From contig NC_086108.1 of assembly GCF_963921235.1 (NCBI RefSeq), forward strand, positions 48,734,001 to 48,798,000: a stretch of 64,000 nucleotides of DNA. The letters run 5' to 3'. Positions 38,035 to 52,487 of this stretch are shown piece after piece; the stretch's first letter is position 1; each line of letters begins with the position of its first letter. Source of the DNA: Mobula hypostoma. Lineage: Eukaryota. The notes beneath the pieces are model-generated. The model searched no databases, was not told the DNA's origin, and was given only the letters and a program-made list of their open reading frames with translations. The translations under genes and the position numbers were made by a program.

Positions 38035-40740
38035 CTGAAATATTTTTTTTAAAACTTTCAGTTTGAACTTTCTACAGCTGTTATACCAAGACATTAAAGT
38101 TTTTTTTTAATCTACTTTACTCATGCAGTTGTAACAACGATGCAAAACTTACTGTGTATGCAACATACTTATCTAACTACCAGTTCTCTATTAAAAGCTA
38201 CCAGAGTTAATGAAAGATGATAACATTATATCAATGCATCAAGAAATGTGTCCACAAATCCCAAATGATGTGTAAAATCAAAACAGGAGTACACAGCTAG
38301 GATTAGGAGAAATCTAATTAATTCTATCTATTAAGCAGGAACAGAAATGTTAAAAAATTTTAGTCCGAATGGAAAGACAATTTCAGTACAATTTCATGAA
38401 ATTATGGTAATGGTTAAGACAAGGAAGTAAACATGATTTGTAACAATTCTATCATTTTTACTATCACACAACCTTGAGAATCACTAGCCAGAGCAGCAAT
38501 TATTATGTAAACTCAATTCCCAATAATGTAGTGGGCAGACTTTTGAGAATTTCATAAGTGGGTTGATAAAACCAGCAGCCCAGTTTAATACAGTTGAGTT
38601 TGGTCAACAAAGTTGGGCAAAAAAAATTAATCATTCAATAGACCATATATAATCATATAATAAACCACCATTTTTCCCCCACAAATGTTTAGTACTGATT
38701 AGCAAATGATTCACCAAATTCAACATCCATTAATAAACAAAGCCAAATAATAAAATCAGAAGCAACTCACTTGCCCTCCTCATATGAAACAGAAGCCTCC
38801 TGTAATTTGCAATTTTAGGATTATTTACATAACATGCACCACCACCACCCCCCCCCCCCATTGCCTACAGAAAATCACAAAATTCTAAACAGGCTAATAA
38901 CAACTTTGCACACAAAAAAGTGCATCTAGTGGCAGATAATTTATGAACAAAATCCCACAATCACCTTTGAGATCAATGTTCTGTAAATAGGGATCAGCGC
39001 TATTGGTCTATAGATTAAGGATGGTCTTGCATTGGAGGGGGTCCTGCTGTTCAAACATGAGCCATGGGATCAGGGATATAGTCACGAGCAGGCAGAAATG
39101 CTGCTGTCAAATGTAGTGACCAAAACATTGTAATACTATTATGATGCATAAGCCTCTATTATGTGCTCACATAAGGGCTTGACTACACTGGACCTGTTGC
39201 TATGGAGCTATATTTTACACACGAAAGGCTGAAGAAAAAAACTTTTTCAATGCAGATTCATCATGATTCTAATCAGGATCTTTTTATATAATTACAATTA
39301 CTGATCTTTCATTAAAATATACCTATGGTTAATTTCCCCCATCCAGCAACTGAGAAGCATACATAAATGAGCATTGCAATTTAAATTTAGATCATTCACA
39401 ATATGGAATTTTTTTAAAAAACTGAATCATCTGGTCTACCCCTCTGCCATCAGATTTCAGAATGGACATTGAACCCATGAACATTACCTCACTACCTTTT
39501 TTTTTTAAAAAAACACTACTTGTTTCAATATATATACATACACACACACACACACACATATATATATAACATTTACTGTAATTCAGTTTTTATATATTAT
39601 AATGCACTGCTACTGCATAACAAACTTCACAACATATGCCGGTGATATTAAACTGGATTCTGATGATTCTGACTGGAATTCCAAAGTAAAAATCTCAAGT
39701 GGCTCACTTAGAGCACTGCTTCACAACCTTTTTTTTAAGCCCAACACTGCACTAAAGCACCTTCATACTTGCCCCCACATATTTTCCAGCGCCCCCCCGT
39801 AGTGTAAAAATGTCTACCATATGCCAATATGAGAAAAATAAGTCTGCTTTAAATTTTTATTTGTCTTTAAACCCAGCTTACACAGTACCTGTGCACTGTA
39901 CAGCAGCTTGGATATCAACGTGATCCTTAAGCTTGATGGTTTTTTTTTAGCAAGAGTTGATATATTTGGTTCAAGTTGTGACAGCAAAAGCCTTAAGTCC
40001 CCACATGTAACAATGTCCAAAGTTTCTGCTTTTTGAGTGTATTTGGTTCACTGAACTGAAGCCTCTTAATAAGGTAGGAGGAATGGAAATGCAAAGAGCA
40101 ATTCTGAGTCTTCTCCAAAGAACAAGAAACTTCAAGAGTGTAGCCATATACCACAAAAGATGACATTTTGACAAGCATTTTTACTTCTTCATCATTCTGA
40201 ATTTCAATAATTTCTTCTTGCAAGCTCTCTTCCTGTTCTTGTATCTTGCAAAGAAATGGGTTAATTACCCAGTTCAGAATTTCCAGATCATTCAAATCCT
40301 TGAATCAATTCTGAAAATCCTTCTTCAGTGACTGCAGGTGCAAATCACTGTCTGTGAAAGAGTGCCATATTTTCCATGCAGGGAAACTGAGAACATTCTT
40401 CTCCCAAAGCTTTGCATACATATTTCTGATAAAAGTGGACACTGCACTTCTTGCCTGGGCTAAATTGAAATTATCACCCTGCAGTTTCATATTTCAAATG
40501 GTCAGTTTCTATGCCACATCTCCACATAGAAATTCAATCTTGTTTCCCAAGCTCTTATCAACATTGATGAAAAATTCAATCAGTGTCAAAAAGATCAAAG
40601 AAATGTTTTCAGCAGCAGCCTTTTGACAGCCAGTGCATTCCAGTGTGAAGAAGTGTTTAAATTAATTATCTTGGTATAACTGGTGAAATATTCTGCTGTT
40701 TAATGGATGAGCTTTAATTTTGTTGATAGCAGATATTATA

Positions 40741-43725
40741 GACAATAGGTACAGTAGGCCATTCGGCCCTTCGAGCCAGCACCGCCGTTCACTGTGATCA
40801 TGGCTGATCATCCACAAGCAGTATCCAGTTCCTGCCTTATCCCCATAACCTTTGATTCCGCTATCTTTAAGAGCTCTATCCATCTCTTTCTTGAAAGCAT
40901 CCAGAGACTTGGCCTCCACAGCCTTCTGGGGCAGAGCATTCCATATATCCACCACTCTCTGGGTGAAATTCTTAAACTGTGGCCTCTGGTTCTGGACTCA
41001 CCCATCAGCGGGAACATGCTTCCTGCCTCCAGTGTGTCCAATCCCTTAATAATCTTATATGTTTCAATAAGATCCCCTCTCAGCCTTCTAAATTCCAGAG
41101 TATACAAGCCCAGTCGCTCCAATCTTTCGACATACGACAGTCTCGCCATCCCGGGAATTAACCTTGTGGACCTACGCTGCACTCCCTCAATAGCAAGAAT
41201 GTCCTTCCTCAAATTCGGAGACCAAAACTGCACACAGTACTCCAGGTGTGGTCTCACCAGGGCCCTGTACAGCTGCAGAAGGACCTCTTTGCTCTTATAC
41301 TCAATTCCCCTTGTTATGAAGGCCAGCATGCCATTAGCTTTCTTCACTGCCTGCTGTACTTGCATGCTTGCTTTCAGTGACTGATATACAAGAACACCTA
41401 GATCTCGTTGTGCTTCCCCTTTTCCTAACTTATTCCATTTAGATAATAATCTGCCTTCCTGTTCTTACCACCAAAGTGGATAACCTCACATTTATCCACA
41501 TTGAACTGCATCTGCCATGCATTTGCCCACTCACCCAGCCTGTTCAAGTCACCCTGCATTCTCATAACATCTTCCTCACATTTCACACTGCCACCCAGCT
41601 TTGTCACGGGCAAATTTGCTAATGTTACTTTTAATTCCCTCATCTAAATCATTAATATATATTGTAAACAGCTGCGGTCCCAGCACTGAACCCTGCGGTA
41701 CCCCCACTGGTCACCGCCTGCCATTCCGAAAGAGACCCGTTAATCGCTACTCTTTGTTTTCTGTCAGCCAGCCAATTTTCAATCTACGTCAGTACTCTGC
41801 ACCCAATACCATGTGCCCTAATTTTGCCCATTAATCTTTTATGTGGGACTTTATCAAAGGCTTTCTGAAAGTCCAGGTACACTACATCCACTGGCTCTCC
41901 CTTGTCCATTTTCATAGTTACATCCTCAAAAAATTCCAGTAGATTAGTCAAGCATGATTTCCCCTTCGTAGATCCATGCTGACTTGGACTGATCCTGTTA
42001 CTGCTATCTAAATGTGTCGTAATTTCATCTTTTATAATTAACTCCAGCATCTTTCCCACCACCGACGTCAGGCTAACCGGTCTATAATTCCCTGACTTCT
42101 CTCTTCCTCCCTTCTTGAAGAGAGGGACAACATTAGCCAGCCTCCAATCCACAGGAACTGATCCTGAATCTATAGAACATTGGAAAATGATTACCAATGC
42201 ATCCACGATTTCTAAAGCCACCTCCTTAAGTACCCTGGGATGCAGACCATCAGGTCCTGGGGAGTTATCAGCCTTCAGACCCAACAGCCTAGCCAACACC
42301 ATTTCCTGCCTAATATAAATTTCCTTCAGTTCATCCATTACGCTAGGTCCTTTGGCCACTATTACATCTGGGAGATTGTTTGTGTCTTCCCTAGTGAAGA
42401 CAGATCCAAAGTACCTGTTCAACTCGTCTGCCATTTCCTTGTTCCTCATAATAAATTCACCCGCTTCTGTCTTCAAGGGCCCAATTTTGATCTTAACTAT
42501 TTTTTTCCTTTTCACATACCTAAAGAAGCTTTTACTATCCTCCTTTATATTCTTGGCTAGTTTACCTTTGTACCTTATTTTTTCTCCGTGTATTGCCTTT
42601 TTAGTTACCCTCTGTTGCTCTTTAAAAGTTTCCCAATCCTCTGGCTTCCCACTCGTCTTTGTTATGTTATACTTCTCTTTTATTTTTATACTGTCCATTA
42701 CTTCCCTTGTCAGCCACGGCCTCCCCTTACTCCCCTTAGGATCTTTCTTCCTCTTTGGAACGAACTGATCCTGCACCTTCCACATTATTCCCAGAAACAC
42801 TTGCCATTGCAGTTCCACTGTCATCCCTGCTAGGGTATCGTTCCATTGAACTTTGGCCAGCTCCTCCCTCATAGCACCATAGTTCCCTTTGTTCAACTGT
42901 AATACTGACACTTCTGAGTTTCCCTTCTCCCTTTCAAATTGTAGATTAAAACTTATCATATTATGGTCACTACCTCCCAATGGCTCCTTTACCTCGAGGT
43001 CCCTGATCAAATCCGGTTCACTGCACAACACTAAATCTAGAATTGCGTTCTCTCTGGTAGGCTCCAGTACAAGCTGTTCTAAGAATCCATCTCGGAGAGA
43101 CTCCACAAACTCCCTTTCTTGGGGTTCAGTATCAACCTGATTCCTCCAGTCTACCTGCATGTTGAAGTCCCCCATAACAACTGTAGCATTACCTTTGCGA
43201 CATGCCAATTTTAACTCGATTCAACTTACACCCTACATCCAGACTACTGTTTGGGGGCCTGTAGATAACTCCCATTAGGGTCTTTCTACCCTTAGAATTT
43301 CTCAGTTCTATCCATACTGACTCTACGTCTCCCGATTCTATGTCCCCCCTCGCAAGGGACTGAATATCATTCCTCACCAACAGAGCCACCCCACCCCCTC
43401 TGCCTATCAGTCTGTCCTTTCGATAGGACATATACCTTGAATATTCATTTCCCAGGCCCTGTCCACTTGAAGCCATGTCCCTGTTATTCCCACAATATCA
43501 TACTTACCAATTTCCAACTGTGCCTCAAGCTCATTTACTTTATTTCTTATACTCCGTGCATTCATATATACTACTTTTAATCCATTACTCCCCTCACCTC
43601 CCATATCAGTTCCTATTTCACTTGGCCATACTGTACGATCCCTTCTTGAGCTTTCTGCTCTGTCGATTCTGCTGTCGTTCTTAACTTTTCTTATTCTCAT
43701 CTCCATCCTTATGTTTCTAGTTCGT
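40741..43725 (-). mobile_element. CR1-clade LINE with nearly complete ORF2 (APE endonuclease plus RT)
   Basis: LKVVYMNARSIRNKVNELEAQ (APE), VVMGDFN, SDHNMI, YLDFQKAFDKVPH and LYRALVRPHLEYCVQFWSP; 474-aa unbroken stretch; few frameshifts. Confidence 0.95.
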
Positions 43726-44004
43726 CCCCTCTATTACAAGAGTCATGCTTGAAAAAAGTTGCTGGGTGAGGTTTTCAGCTGCGAGTCATTGATGATGAAT
43801 TACAGAATGGATTGCAAATGGACTTGGAATTTCTTTTTTTATAAATGCCACTGAACCAGCATGGCAACCTATCATATATGGTGCCATGTGTTGCACAAGA
43901 AACCATGTTCCTAACTGGAGTACTTTTATCCTCAATATACATTTTGAGTTCTTGGTAGATTGATCCTCTATTGATACGTTTTCAAGAGAATCTCTTCATA
44001 AGCT

Positions 44005-44444
44005 TCAAACAAGACAAAATCTGCAGATCCTGAAAACCTGAGCAACACATACAAAATGCTGGAGGAATTCAGCCGGCCAGGCAGCATCTATGGAAAAAAG
44101 TACAGTCGATTTTTCAGGCCAAAACCTCTCGGTAGGACTGGAGAAAAAAAGCTGAGTAGATTTAAAAGGTGGGGGGCAATGCCCCCAAAACCCCCTTCTC
44201 CATTACCCATCCCCTTTTCCCATCTCACCAATCAACTTCCCAGCTCTTTACTTCATCCCTCCCCCTCCAAGTTTTATCTATCACCTGGTGGTTCTCTCTA
44301 CCCTCCCCCCACCTTTTAAATTACTCCTCAGCTTTTTTTTTCTCCAGTCTTGCCAAAGGGTTTCGGTCCGAAATGTCAACTATACTTTTCTCCCATAGAT
44401 GCTGCCTGGCCTGCTGAGTTCCTCCAGCATTTTCTGTGTGTTGG
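44005..44444. mobile_element. Older fold-back Penelope-like insertion with two decayed hammerheads
   Basis: Minus-strand pLTR tail followed by a plus-strand pLTR; TSD TCTTCATAA at 43993-44001 and 44445-44453. Confidence 0.8.
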
Positions 44445-45188
44445 TCTTCATAAACATTTCCATTTTTGATAAACCATACGTATTGCATTAGCAATGCCTC
44501 GTTGTCTCACAATTGACTCATCCAGTGGAATTGAAAATTACGATGACATGGATTCAGATTGGAATCTGAACGTTAGTGCGATAGAGCTGTGGTTCAGCAA
44601 GCTACCTTTATTCTATTCCAGTTAGTGTGATAGACCAATCACCAAAGGTCTCATAATAATCAGAGCTGGTACGTGACAGCATATACGAAGCCAAGGCCGC
44701 TCTGAACACCTCAGGGTCGGCAGGTTCACTGATTTGCTGTATTTCACCATTTGGTTCCAGCCAGCGCCGTACCATTGCGAGGCATGTTTCCCGTAGAACT
44801 GTAGAGAAAGTTGAGGGGGTGTATTTGACTTAATGTTAAATTGCGTGAACTTGTTCTGTGCTGCAAGCCAAGGGGAACTGTTGAGCACCAGGTTGCTAAT
44901 TTATGCATCCCTAATATATGTTTGGTTGGTAAGGTCTGATGAGATTGCTGATCTTCACATGCATTGTGACGACAAGTGCTTACCGCCTGCAGAGCTATGG
45001 ATCTTCCTGTGTTCCAGTCCCTCATACTTATTTTTGGTAGTGCCTGCCCTACTAACAGCCTCATGTTAGGGTGGCGCTTACCATCCCCTCCCCCCCCCCA
45101 AAGAATCGTGGAATGCCCCCCCGATAACTTCTATTTCCCCTAACGCCCCTTCAGGACAGATAACCGCCTCCATTGGGCATCAATGACA

Positions 45189-46530
45189 AAGCAACACACA
45201 CAGAACACTGGAGGAACTCAGGCAGCATTGATGAAAATGAATAAACAGCTGACATCTTGGGCCAAGACCCTTCATCAGAACTGGGAAAGAAGGGGAATGA
45301 TGCCAGAATAAAACACTGAGGGGAGGGAGAAGGATGACAAGCTGGAAGGTGATAGGTGAAGTCAGGTGGGTGGGAAAAGTAAAAGGATGAAGAAGGATCT
45401 GATAGGAGAGAAGAGTAGATCATGGGAGAAAGGGAAGAAAGAGGGGCACCAGGGGTGGGGTGGATGGGGTGGTAGGCAGGTGAGGAGAAGAGGTCAGAGG
45501 CAAGAGGCTAAAGTGGGGAAAAGAAGAAGGACGAGGGGGGAGGGGAAAGGAAGAGGAAATATTATCTATTGGAGAAATCAATGTTCATAACATCAGGTTG
45601 GAGGCTACTTTGACAGAATATGTGCTATTGCTCCTCCACCCTCAGAGTGGCCTCATCATGGCAGAAAAGGAAGCCATGAATCAGCATGTCAGAATGGGAA
45701 TGGGGATAGGAATTACAATGGTTAGCCACAGAGAACTTCCACTTTTGGCAAATAGAGCAGAGGTGCTTGACAAATTAATCCTCCAATTTACAGTGGGTCT
45801 CACCTATGTAGAGAAGGACTGTTTGAGGCCCTGAATGGAGGGAGGAGGAAGGTGGATGAGCAGGTGTAGCATTCACCTCACTTTCTGGGATAAGTGTGCC
45901 AGGAGAGAGATTAGTGGGATGGGACTAATGGACAAAGGAATCACAGAGAGAACAATCCCTACAGAGTTGGGGCAGAGGGGGTGCAGGAGAAGTAAAGATG
46001 TGGTTAGGGGTAGGATCCCATTGAAGGTGGCAGAAGTTGCAAAGAACATGCTGGATGTGGAGACTCATGGAGACTCATGGTAGGTGAGGACTAAAGGAAC
46101 TCTATCCCTGTTAAGGTAGTAGAAAGAAGGGGTGATCACAGATGTCCAGGAAATGGGGGAGACGTGAATAAGGGCAGTATCAATGGTGGAGGAAGGAAAA
46201 CTCCGTTCTTTGGAGGAGGACATCTTTGATGTCCTAGAAAAGTAGGTCTCGTCCTGGGAACAGGTGCCATGGAGATGAGGGAACTGAGAAAAGGGAACAG
46301 CATTTTTTACAGGAGACAGGGTGGGAAGCGGTATAGCCAAGATAGCCACAGGAATCAATAGATTGAGAAAAACATGTCAGTAAACAGTTTTTCTCCAGAG
46401 TTGGAAACAGTGAGGTTGAGAAAGGGGAGAGAAGTATCAAAAATGGACTAAGTGAATTTAAGGACAGGGTGGAAGTTGGAGGCAGCTGATGAAATTAACA
46501 AGCTCAGCATGGGTGCAAGAAGCAGCAACA
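45189..46530 (-). mobile_element. Old Penelope-like element (RT C-terminus, GIY-YIG, pLTR with decayed hammerhead)
   Basis: KNAVPFSQFPHLHGTCSQDETYFSRTSKMSS...RVPLVLTYH, homologous to 56618-58031. Confidence 0.85.
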
Positions 46531-48260
46531 ATGCAGTCCTCAATGTAATGCAGAATTTTAATGGAGAGCATTACTGTGGGAGGCTTGGACTGTTCTGCAT
46601 AGGCTAGCTAACAGAGTATTGCAGCTCCATTTAAAATTGACCAAGAATGACACAGTATTTATTTTCCCTGTATTTTGACTTGTACGGTTAAGCTTGTGAG
46701 CTTTTCCATTGAAAAGCAATGAAGAATAACACTAATTCAATTTGTTTTGGACAATAAACTTTGATTGAATGCTGTCATGTGAATTGGACAGAGCAATCTA
46801 AACTTTCATAATGAAGAATGCAATATATAACTTTCCATTAACGTGACATGTAGCATACGAAACCCTAAAGAGTGAAGCAAGTAGATTACAGCCGTTATCT
46901 GTAAAAGATTACAATTTGTAAAATGCATTTATATAATTTATTTTAAATTTATGTCCTCTTCAGACAGGTTTCCCTTCTATATTATTTTGTAAACTTTGCC
47001 TTAATGTTAACATGGGAAGGGCAATTCTTATTCTCTAAACTAATGTTTCGTCTCCTCATTTGCACCTTTTGCTTGAAGCAGCAGCTTATTTGGGACAAAT
47101 TTTAAAGAACATCTTAATCGATAAAATAGCCAAGACTCCTTTCGTTTCTATGCCGCATAATTGGGACAGGAGATAGTTGCCAAACACTTAACTAGTGCCA
47201 ATCGTATGCATTTATGTGGCTGCTAGACACAACAACATACTTAGAATGAACAGTTTTTAAAATAGAGTCACTTGTGTGTGCTTGTGTTTAAAAAGCAGTG
47301 ATTTTTGTCAGTGATAGTTGGGGAGAAATAGTGAACTGTTTAGTTCTTTCCAGTTTCAAGCATTCAGGCTTGAAGATGCCAAAAATAGTTAGGAGTGAAA
47401 ATGAAATGATTTCACTAGTTCAAAAAGTTAGGAATTACAAAGAATTTGAAGATATCAACAATTATTTTGAATGTTACAATGAAAATGAAGATTTGGAGTA
47501 TACAATCATCGAAAACTTTGTTTGAAGGCAGCCCATTATCTGTACTAGGTGTCTACACTGATTTTGTTCATTTACTGCCAATCAAAAGAATACTGCACCA
47601 TTATAAATTCCTCCATTGATAATTATTAGGAATGAATACAGTTTTACAGTAGAGGTATTGGCAGCATTCTAATTTTGTTCTGTATTCCATTTAAAAATAC
47701 AAATTGCACTTAGTTAAATGGTAGTTTGTCTTTCTTTAAATATTTCCATGACTCTTCAGCTAATAGGGGCAGCTGCTTAGTTCAGCCAAAATATACTGGT
47801 CCCTATGTGTCCCAATTAAGCTGCAATTAACCTTTAATTCAATAGTTTCTATCAGTCTATATACAATACACATAACATTTGGTCAAAAAAGTTCAACCTT
47901 TAAAAAAATTGCATACAGTTCATATTATTATTCATTCCACTTCATTAAAAAATACTATTGTAATCAACTCAAGTTAAATTTATGGAATTTACTTGCCACT
48001 GATTGTTATTAACTTTTGAAAAGCAACCTTAAACCTATGCTCTCTGGTATGACATTTCAAAAAAAGGACTTACCTGTGTCTCATAATTTTTTATACTTGC
48101 ATCAGTCATACCTTTGCTCCAACAAAAACAATGAGTATCTGAGTTTGTCCAACCTCTCCTTACAGGTGAAACTCTCCAATCCATACAACATACTGGTGAA
48201 ACTCACACACTCCTTCCAAATGGCCTCACTAAAAATCCATACAGCTGCAATGACTTCATT

Positions 48261-48805
48261 AGTGGAAATTTGAGAAGTCAATGTTCATGCCATCAGGTTG
48301 GAGGTTACCCAGACAGAATATAAGGTATTGTTCCTCCAACCTGAGTGTGGCTACATCTTCTCAAACTTCCGCTAATGCCCCACCTCCCCCCGTACCCTAT
48401 CCATTATTTATTTATATACACACACATTCTTTTTCTCTCTCCTTTTTCTCCCTCTGTCCCTCTCACTATACCCCTTGCCCATCCTCTGGATTCCCCCCTC
48501 CCCCTTTCTTTCTCCCTTGGCCTCCTGTCCCATGATCCTCTCATATCCCTTTTGCCAATCAACTGTCCAGCTCTTGGCTCCATCCCTCCCCCTCCTGTCT
48601 TCTCCTATCATTTCGGATCTCCCCCTCCCCCTTTCAGATCTCTTACTAGCTCCTCTTTCAGTTAGTCCTGACGAAGGGTCTCAGCCAAAAACATCAACTG
48701 TACCTCTTCCTAGAGATGCTGCCTGGCCTGCTGCGTTCACCAGCAACTTTTATGTGTGTTGCTTGAAATTCCAGCATCTGCAGATTTCCTCGTGTTTGCA
48801 GTTTT
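48261..48805. mobile_element. Penelope-like fragment with a short inverted 5' segment
   Basis: Minus-strand ORF-end piece (48261-48358) joined to a plus-strand pLTR; decayed hammerhead at ~48664-48699; no clear TSD. Confidence 0.8.
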
Positions 48806-49779
48806 AAAATCAAATTCATAAGATAGAACCTCTCCTGCATACCGCCATTCTAACTTTCCCTAACAAGTCCACGCCTTTCCAAATGCAAGTAAATCCTGTC
48901 CCTTAGAATCTTCTCCATAATTTGGCTCCTGCTGATGCATGCCTTACTACCTTATAATTTACTGATATGCCTCCAATGCCTTCTTAAAACAATACATTGG
49001 AAATTCTCCAGTCTTTTAGGACCTCAACTATGACAAATAGGATACAAAGTTCTCCGTGGACTAAGTAATCTCCTCCATTGCCACCATCAGTATATTGGGA
49101 TAGGATCTATCAGGCCCCTTGGACACATACATTTCAATATATTTCAACAGACCCAATATCTCCTCATTAATTCAACCTACTCTACCATGAGCTGACCATC
49201 ATCCATGTCCCTCTCACTGGTAAATATCAACCAAATACTCATTTAGAACCTTCCCACCTCCGTGCATAGAAGCACTCCTTTTCCCTTGTCTTTAACTACC
49301 TCTCCCAAGCCAGCCTCTTGCTAGTAATTTAAAATGCATTCAGTTTCTCCTTATCTGCCAATGATATTCTCGAAACTTTCCATCCTTCTTTCATACTCAC
49401 AGGATCGTGCTGGTCCTGAGCTCACCTTTTACATGACCCACACAGGTCAGATGGAGATTTACTGTAAACAACTACTCCCAACATACTCTCCCCATTGTAA
49501 CAAGCCGAAGTCCAATTTAGCGCTTTCACCTCAGTCGTCCACGACAATCTTATGACCTAAGCTCCCACCATGCTTCCTCACAGAATGTCAACCATCTGGC
49601 CAAGCTCATTTCCCAAACAAGGTCGAGACCAGGGATTCCCAACCTTTTTTATGCGATGGACCTTTACCACTAACAAAGGGGTCAGTGAAGCCCTAATCTA
49701 GAGTAACCGTGCCTCACCATACCTGCCCACATAACAATAAACTTGATTTGTGTGGCTCCTTCCCATTGTACTATCCAAT

Positions 49780-51810
49780 TACTAGAATACAAAAGCAAGG
49801 ATGTAATGCTGAGGCTTTATGAGGCATTGGTCAAACTGCATTTGGAGCATTGTGAGCAGTTTTGGGATGCTTGTTGAAGAAAGGAATTGCTGACATTGGA
49901 GAGGGTCCAGAGGTGGTTGACAAGAATAATCCAGGTAATGAAAGGGTTAATGGAAGAGGAGCTTTTGATGGCTCTGACCCTGTACTCAATGGAGTCTAGA
50001 AGAATGAGAAGAAAATCTCACTGAAACATACCAAATACTCTGAAACGTTTTGTGGTTATGATAGACAGCTTGAAGCTGGATACAAATATAACATCAGACT
50101 ACTTGTATAACGTAGAAATTGGAGAAATAATTAACTTTTTTGAATATAATGTGTTTAATTGCATAACAGTACTGACACTTTGCAATTGTTCAACTGACCT
50201 AAAAATGCTTTGATGATTTTCATTTGTACTCAGTGTCTGAGGGTTCTCGCTTAGGTGATCAATAATAATCAGCCAGCATTGATGGATTCCAGTTGCCCTG
50301 ATACCGATTCGCAATGACTGCAATGTTATGGTGAAACCTTTCACTATGTTCATCACTGACAGCGCCAAGATGTCTAACCTAATTTTTAGTGACATGCTGT
50401 AGTTCATGGTTTTATATGCTTGAAGCATGTTGTCAACCAGCTGCATGTAGTTTGGTGCTCTGTAGTTGCCTAGAAAATTTTCAACAACATTCTTGAATGC
50501 TTTCCATGCGATTTTCTCCAGTCTCATTAGAAGTTCTTCAAATTGCCTGTCATTGATGACCCGTTTGACCTGTGAACCAACAAAAATGCCTTCCTCAAAA
50601 TATCAAAATACTTCACAGGAATTTTTGTGCCCAATGACAAGAGATTCCATCCTTGCAGTCTTGAACCCAGCAATTCTGCTTTTGCCTTTGACAAACCCAA
50701 GTCTCTGACCAGGACATTTAAATCAAGTTGAGTTATCAGATGAGATTCACTCGACATAAAGGGTTCATAATCAGTTTCAGTGCAATTTTACATTCCTGGC
50801 TCATGCATCATGGCATCTTCATCTGCCTCCTCTAGACTTCATGTCTCTTGTGGCTATGCAGCAAGTCTCATGGCTGAAGGGAGATTGGGGTATTCAATGG
50901 ATTTCATGTTTTTTTTAGCAATGAAACCAGACACACTAGTCAGACAAAAACAGCAGTCTGTCACATGATCATTCTACTCTTGCCATATCACCACGACAGC
51001 GAACAACATTGGCTTCCTTGTACCTCTACAGCAAGCTCTAAGATTGACAGTGCATGTTACACAACAGATGTGAGGAGCCCAGGCTGTGTCTTGGTCACCA
51101 ATTTTACACTGAAAGTAAAGCTAATAGGCTTTCTTAGAGTCATGTTCCGTCTCTGAGGTTTCAGCGTACATTCACCAGAAATATAAGCATTGTGGTTGTT
51201 GCAATGTTGGTAAGACATTTTATCATAATTACTTCTGAAAATTCAATTACTTTAAGATAATGAGTACATACAATATGCTATGCGCGTACAGCGCATGCAT
51301 CAGCCTGATCACATACCGATATACATGTAAACAATGCATTGAAAGCTGTGTACATGATTCTTTAAAGTTTTTCTAAAACCTGTCCTGCTATGCATGATCC
51401 ATCCTGCCTAAGCACACCCAGGCATACTTGGATAAGATAGAAAACTTATCAGCTTACATTGAGGACATTTTAACTGACTTAAATTATGAAGTGAAATAAC
51501 AAATACAGGCTTTTTCAAAAAATAAAGGTGCGTGATAGCCTCATAGTGGAAGGATATCCCTTTAAAGAAGGAATTTCTTTTGCCAGAGGGTGGTGAACCT
51601 TGGAATTTATTGAAACAAACAGCCATGAGGGAAAAATCATTAGATAAAGCAGAGGTTGACAGGTTCTTGATTAGTAAGGGTGTCTAATGTTATTGGGGGA
51701 AGGCAGGAGAATGGGGTGAAGATGGAAAATAAATGAGCCATCATTGAATGGCAGGGAGCAGATTCAACAGGCCCAATGGCCAAATGCTGCTCATTTGTTC
51801 TATGGTATTT
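49780..51810 (+). mobile_element. CR1-clade LINE 3' fragment split by the Chapaev3 element (pieces ~49780-50040 and ~51535-51810)
   Basis: The two pieces are collinear with the 7400-7870 copy. Confidence 0.7.
50060..51534 (-). mobile_element. Chapaev3-like (CMC) DNA transposon, decayed transposase
   Basis: IWQE*NDHVTDCCFCL, DLNVLVRDLGLSKAKAELLGSRLQGWNLL and AWKAFKNVVENFLGNYRAPNY...MSLKI motifs; ends approximate. Confidence 0.8.
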
Positions 51811-52333
51811 TATTATTTCAAGAAACACTCCCAAATGAACCTAACAAACTATCCCCTATTTAAGCCCCTGACATTGGAAGGGTCCAAATCAATAGTGGGA
51901 GCTTAAAATCACCAAATCCAAAAGCACTATTGTTTATAATTCTTTCAATTGCTGTTTGCACGTGTTCCTTGTGATCTTACATAATAGGATAATTTCATAT
52001 GGACAAGACTGAACGCATCCTTAATTAGTGTGAATACAACCCTATCAAACGAAATTATAACCTTTATATAAATAGGACAAGTTCCAGCAACTTTTTAAAA
52101 ACTTGTAACACAATGCAAAACATTAAAATGTAAGTTCGGAAATAGTCCACGCAACATTTCTAGAAGAAAGAGTCACTATTTAAGACGGTTGACTTTCATT
52201 ATAAAAACGCCCTAGAATGGATTAGAAATAAACAACAAACTCTCTAAACAACTGAAACGAAAGAGCATCTGATAACTGTGGCAACCTGAGGCCAACCCCA
52301 CTGGCTTCTTGCGCACTTGTATTATTTACATAC

Positions 52334-52487
52334 CGCTATCTACTTTCAAACGCTCATACTTGGACTTCAGCACATCGATATCGACATCTTTATCAGAGAT
52401 TAGCTTCTCGACCTTGCAAATAACATTTTTTGGTATCTTGGCAAATTCAGCACGGTCAAGCAACTGCTGCAACACAACCGCCGCCAT
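52334..52487 (-). CDS. TPR: TPR coding exon 1 (154 nt)
   Basis: ATG in strong context (AAC ATG G); MAAVVLQQLLDRAEFAKIPKNVICKVEKLISDKDVDIDVLKSKYERLKVDS; donor GTATGT. Confidence 0.95.

Larger units (their letters stand above)
39712..44560 (-). mobile_element. Decayed hAT (Charlie/Buster, ZBED5/SCAND3-like) transposase, interrupted by a LINE and a PLE
   Basis: Collinear fragments FAIHSVIHHQ*LAAENL, then across the LINE ISAINKIKAHPLNSRIFHQL, LQGDNFNL and NWVINPF...LQEEIIEIQND; 5' boundary uncertain. Confidence 0.75.
804..52487 (-). other. TPR: TPR gene span (coding exons 1-29; gene continues past left edge of window)
   Basis: 29 exons with GT-AG boundaries splice into one open frame of 4041 nt. 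Translation follows vertebrate TPR as recalled (MAAVVLQQLLDRAEF..., [88 protein letters not shown]). Confidence 0.97.

Noticed and set aside
41784..43208. 474-aa ORF as a host gene
   Set aside because: It is CR1-clade ORF2 (endonuclease to RT) flanked by frameshifted continuation, so a retrotransposon relic
39712..44560. Domesticated ZBED5/SCAND3-like gene in intron 1
   Set aside because: Multiple stops and frameshifts, and interruption by a LINE and a PLE
44560..45150. Short ORFs in a GC-richer part of intron 1 as a nested gene
   Set aside because: No recognisable domain or convincing splice structure; more likely the 5' non-coding part of the surrounding hAT element, though not proven
47080..47825. 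75-aa ORF region with terminal GGGACA/TGTCCC motifs
   Set aside because: Probably a decayed TcMar-type non-autonomous element (similar sequence near 6400-6590); ends and family could not be defined well enough to list
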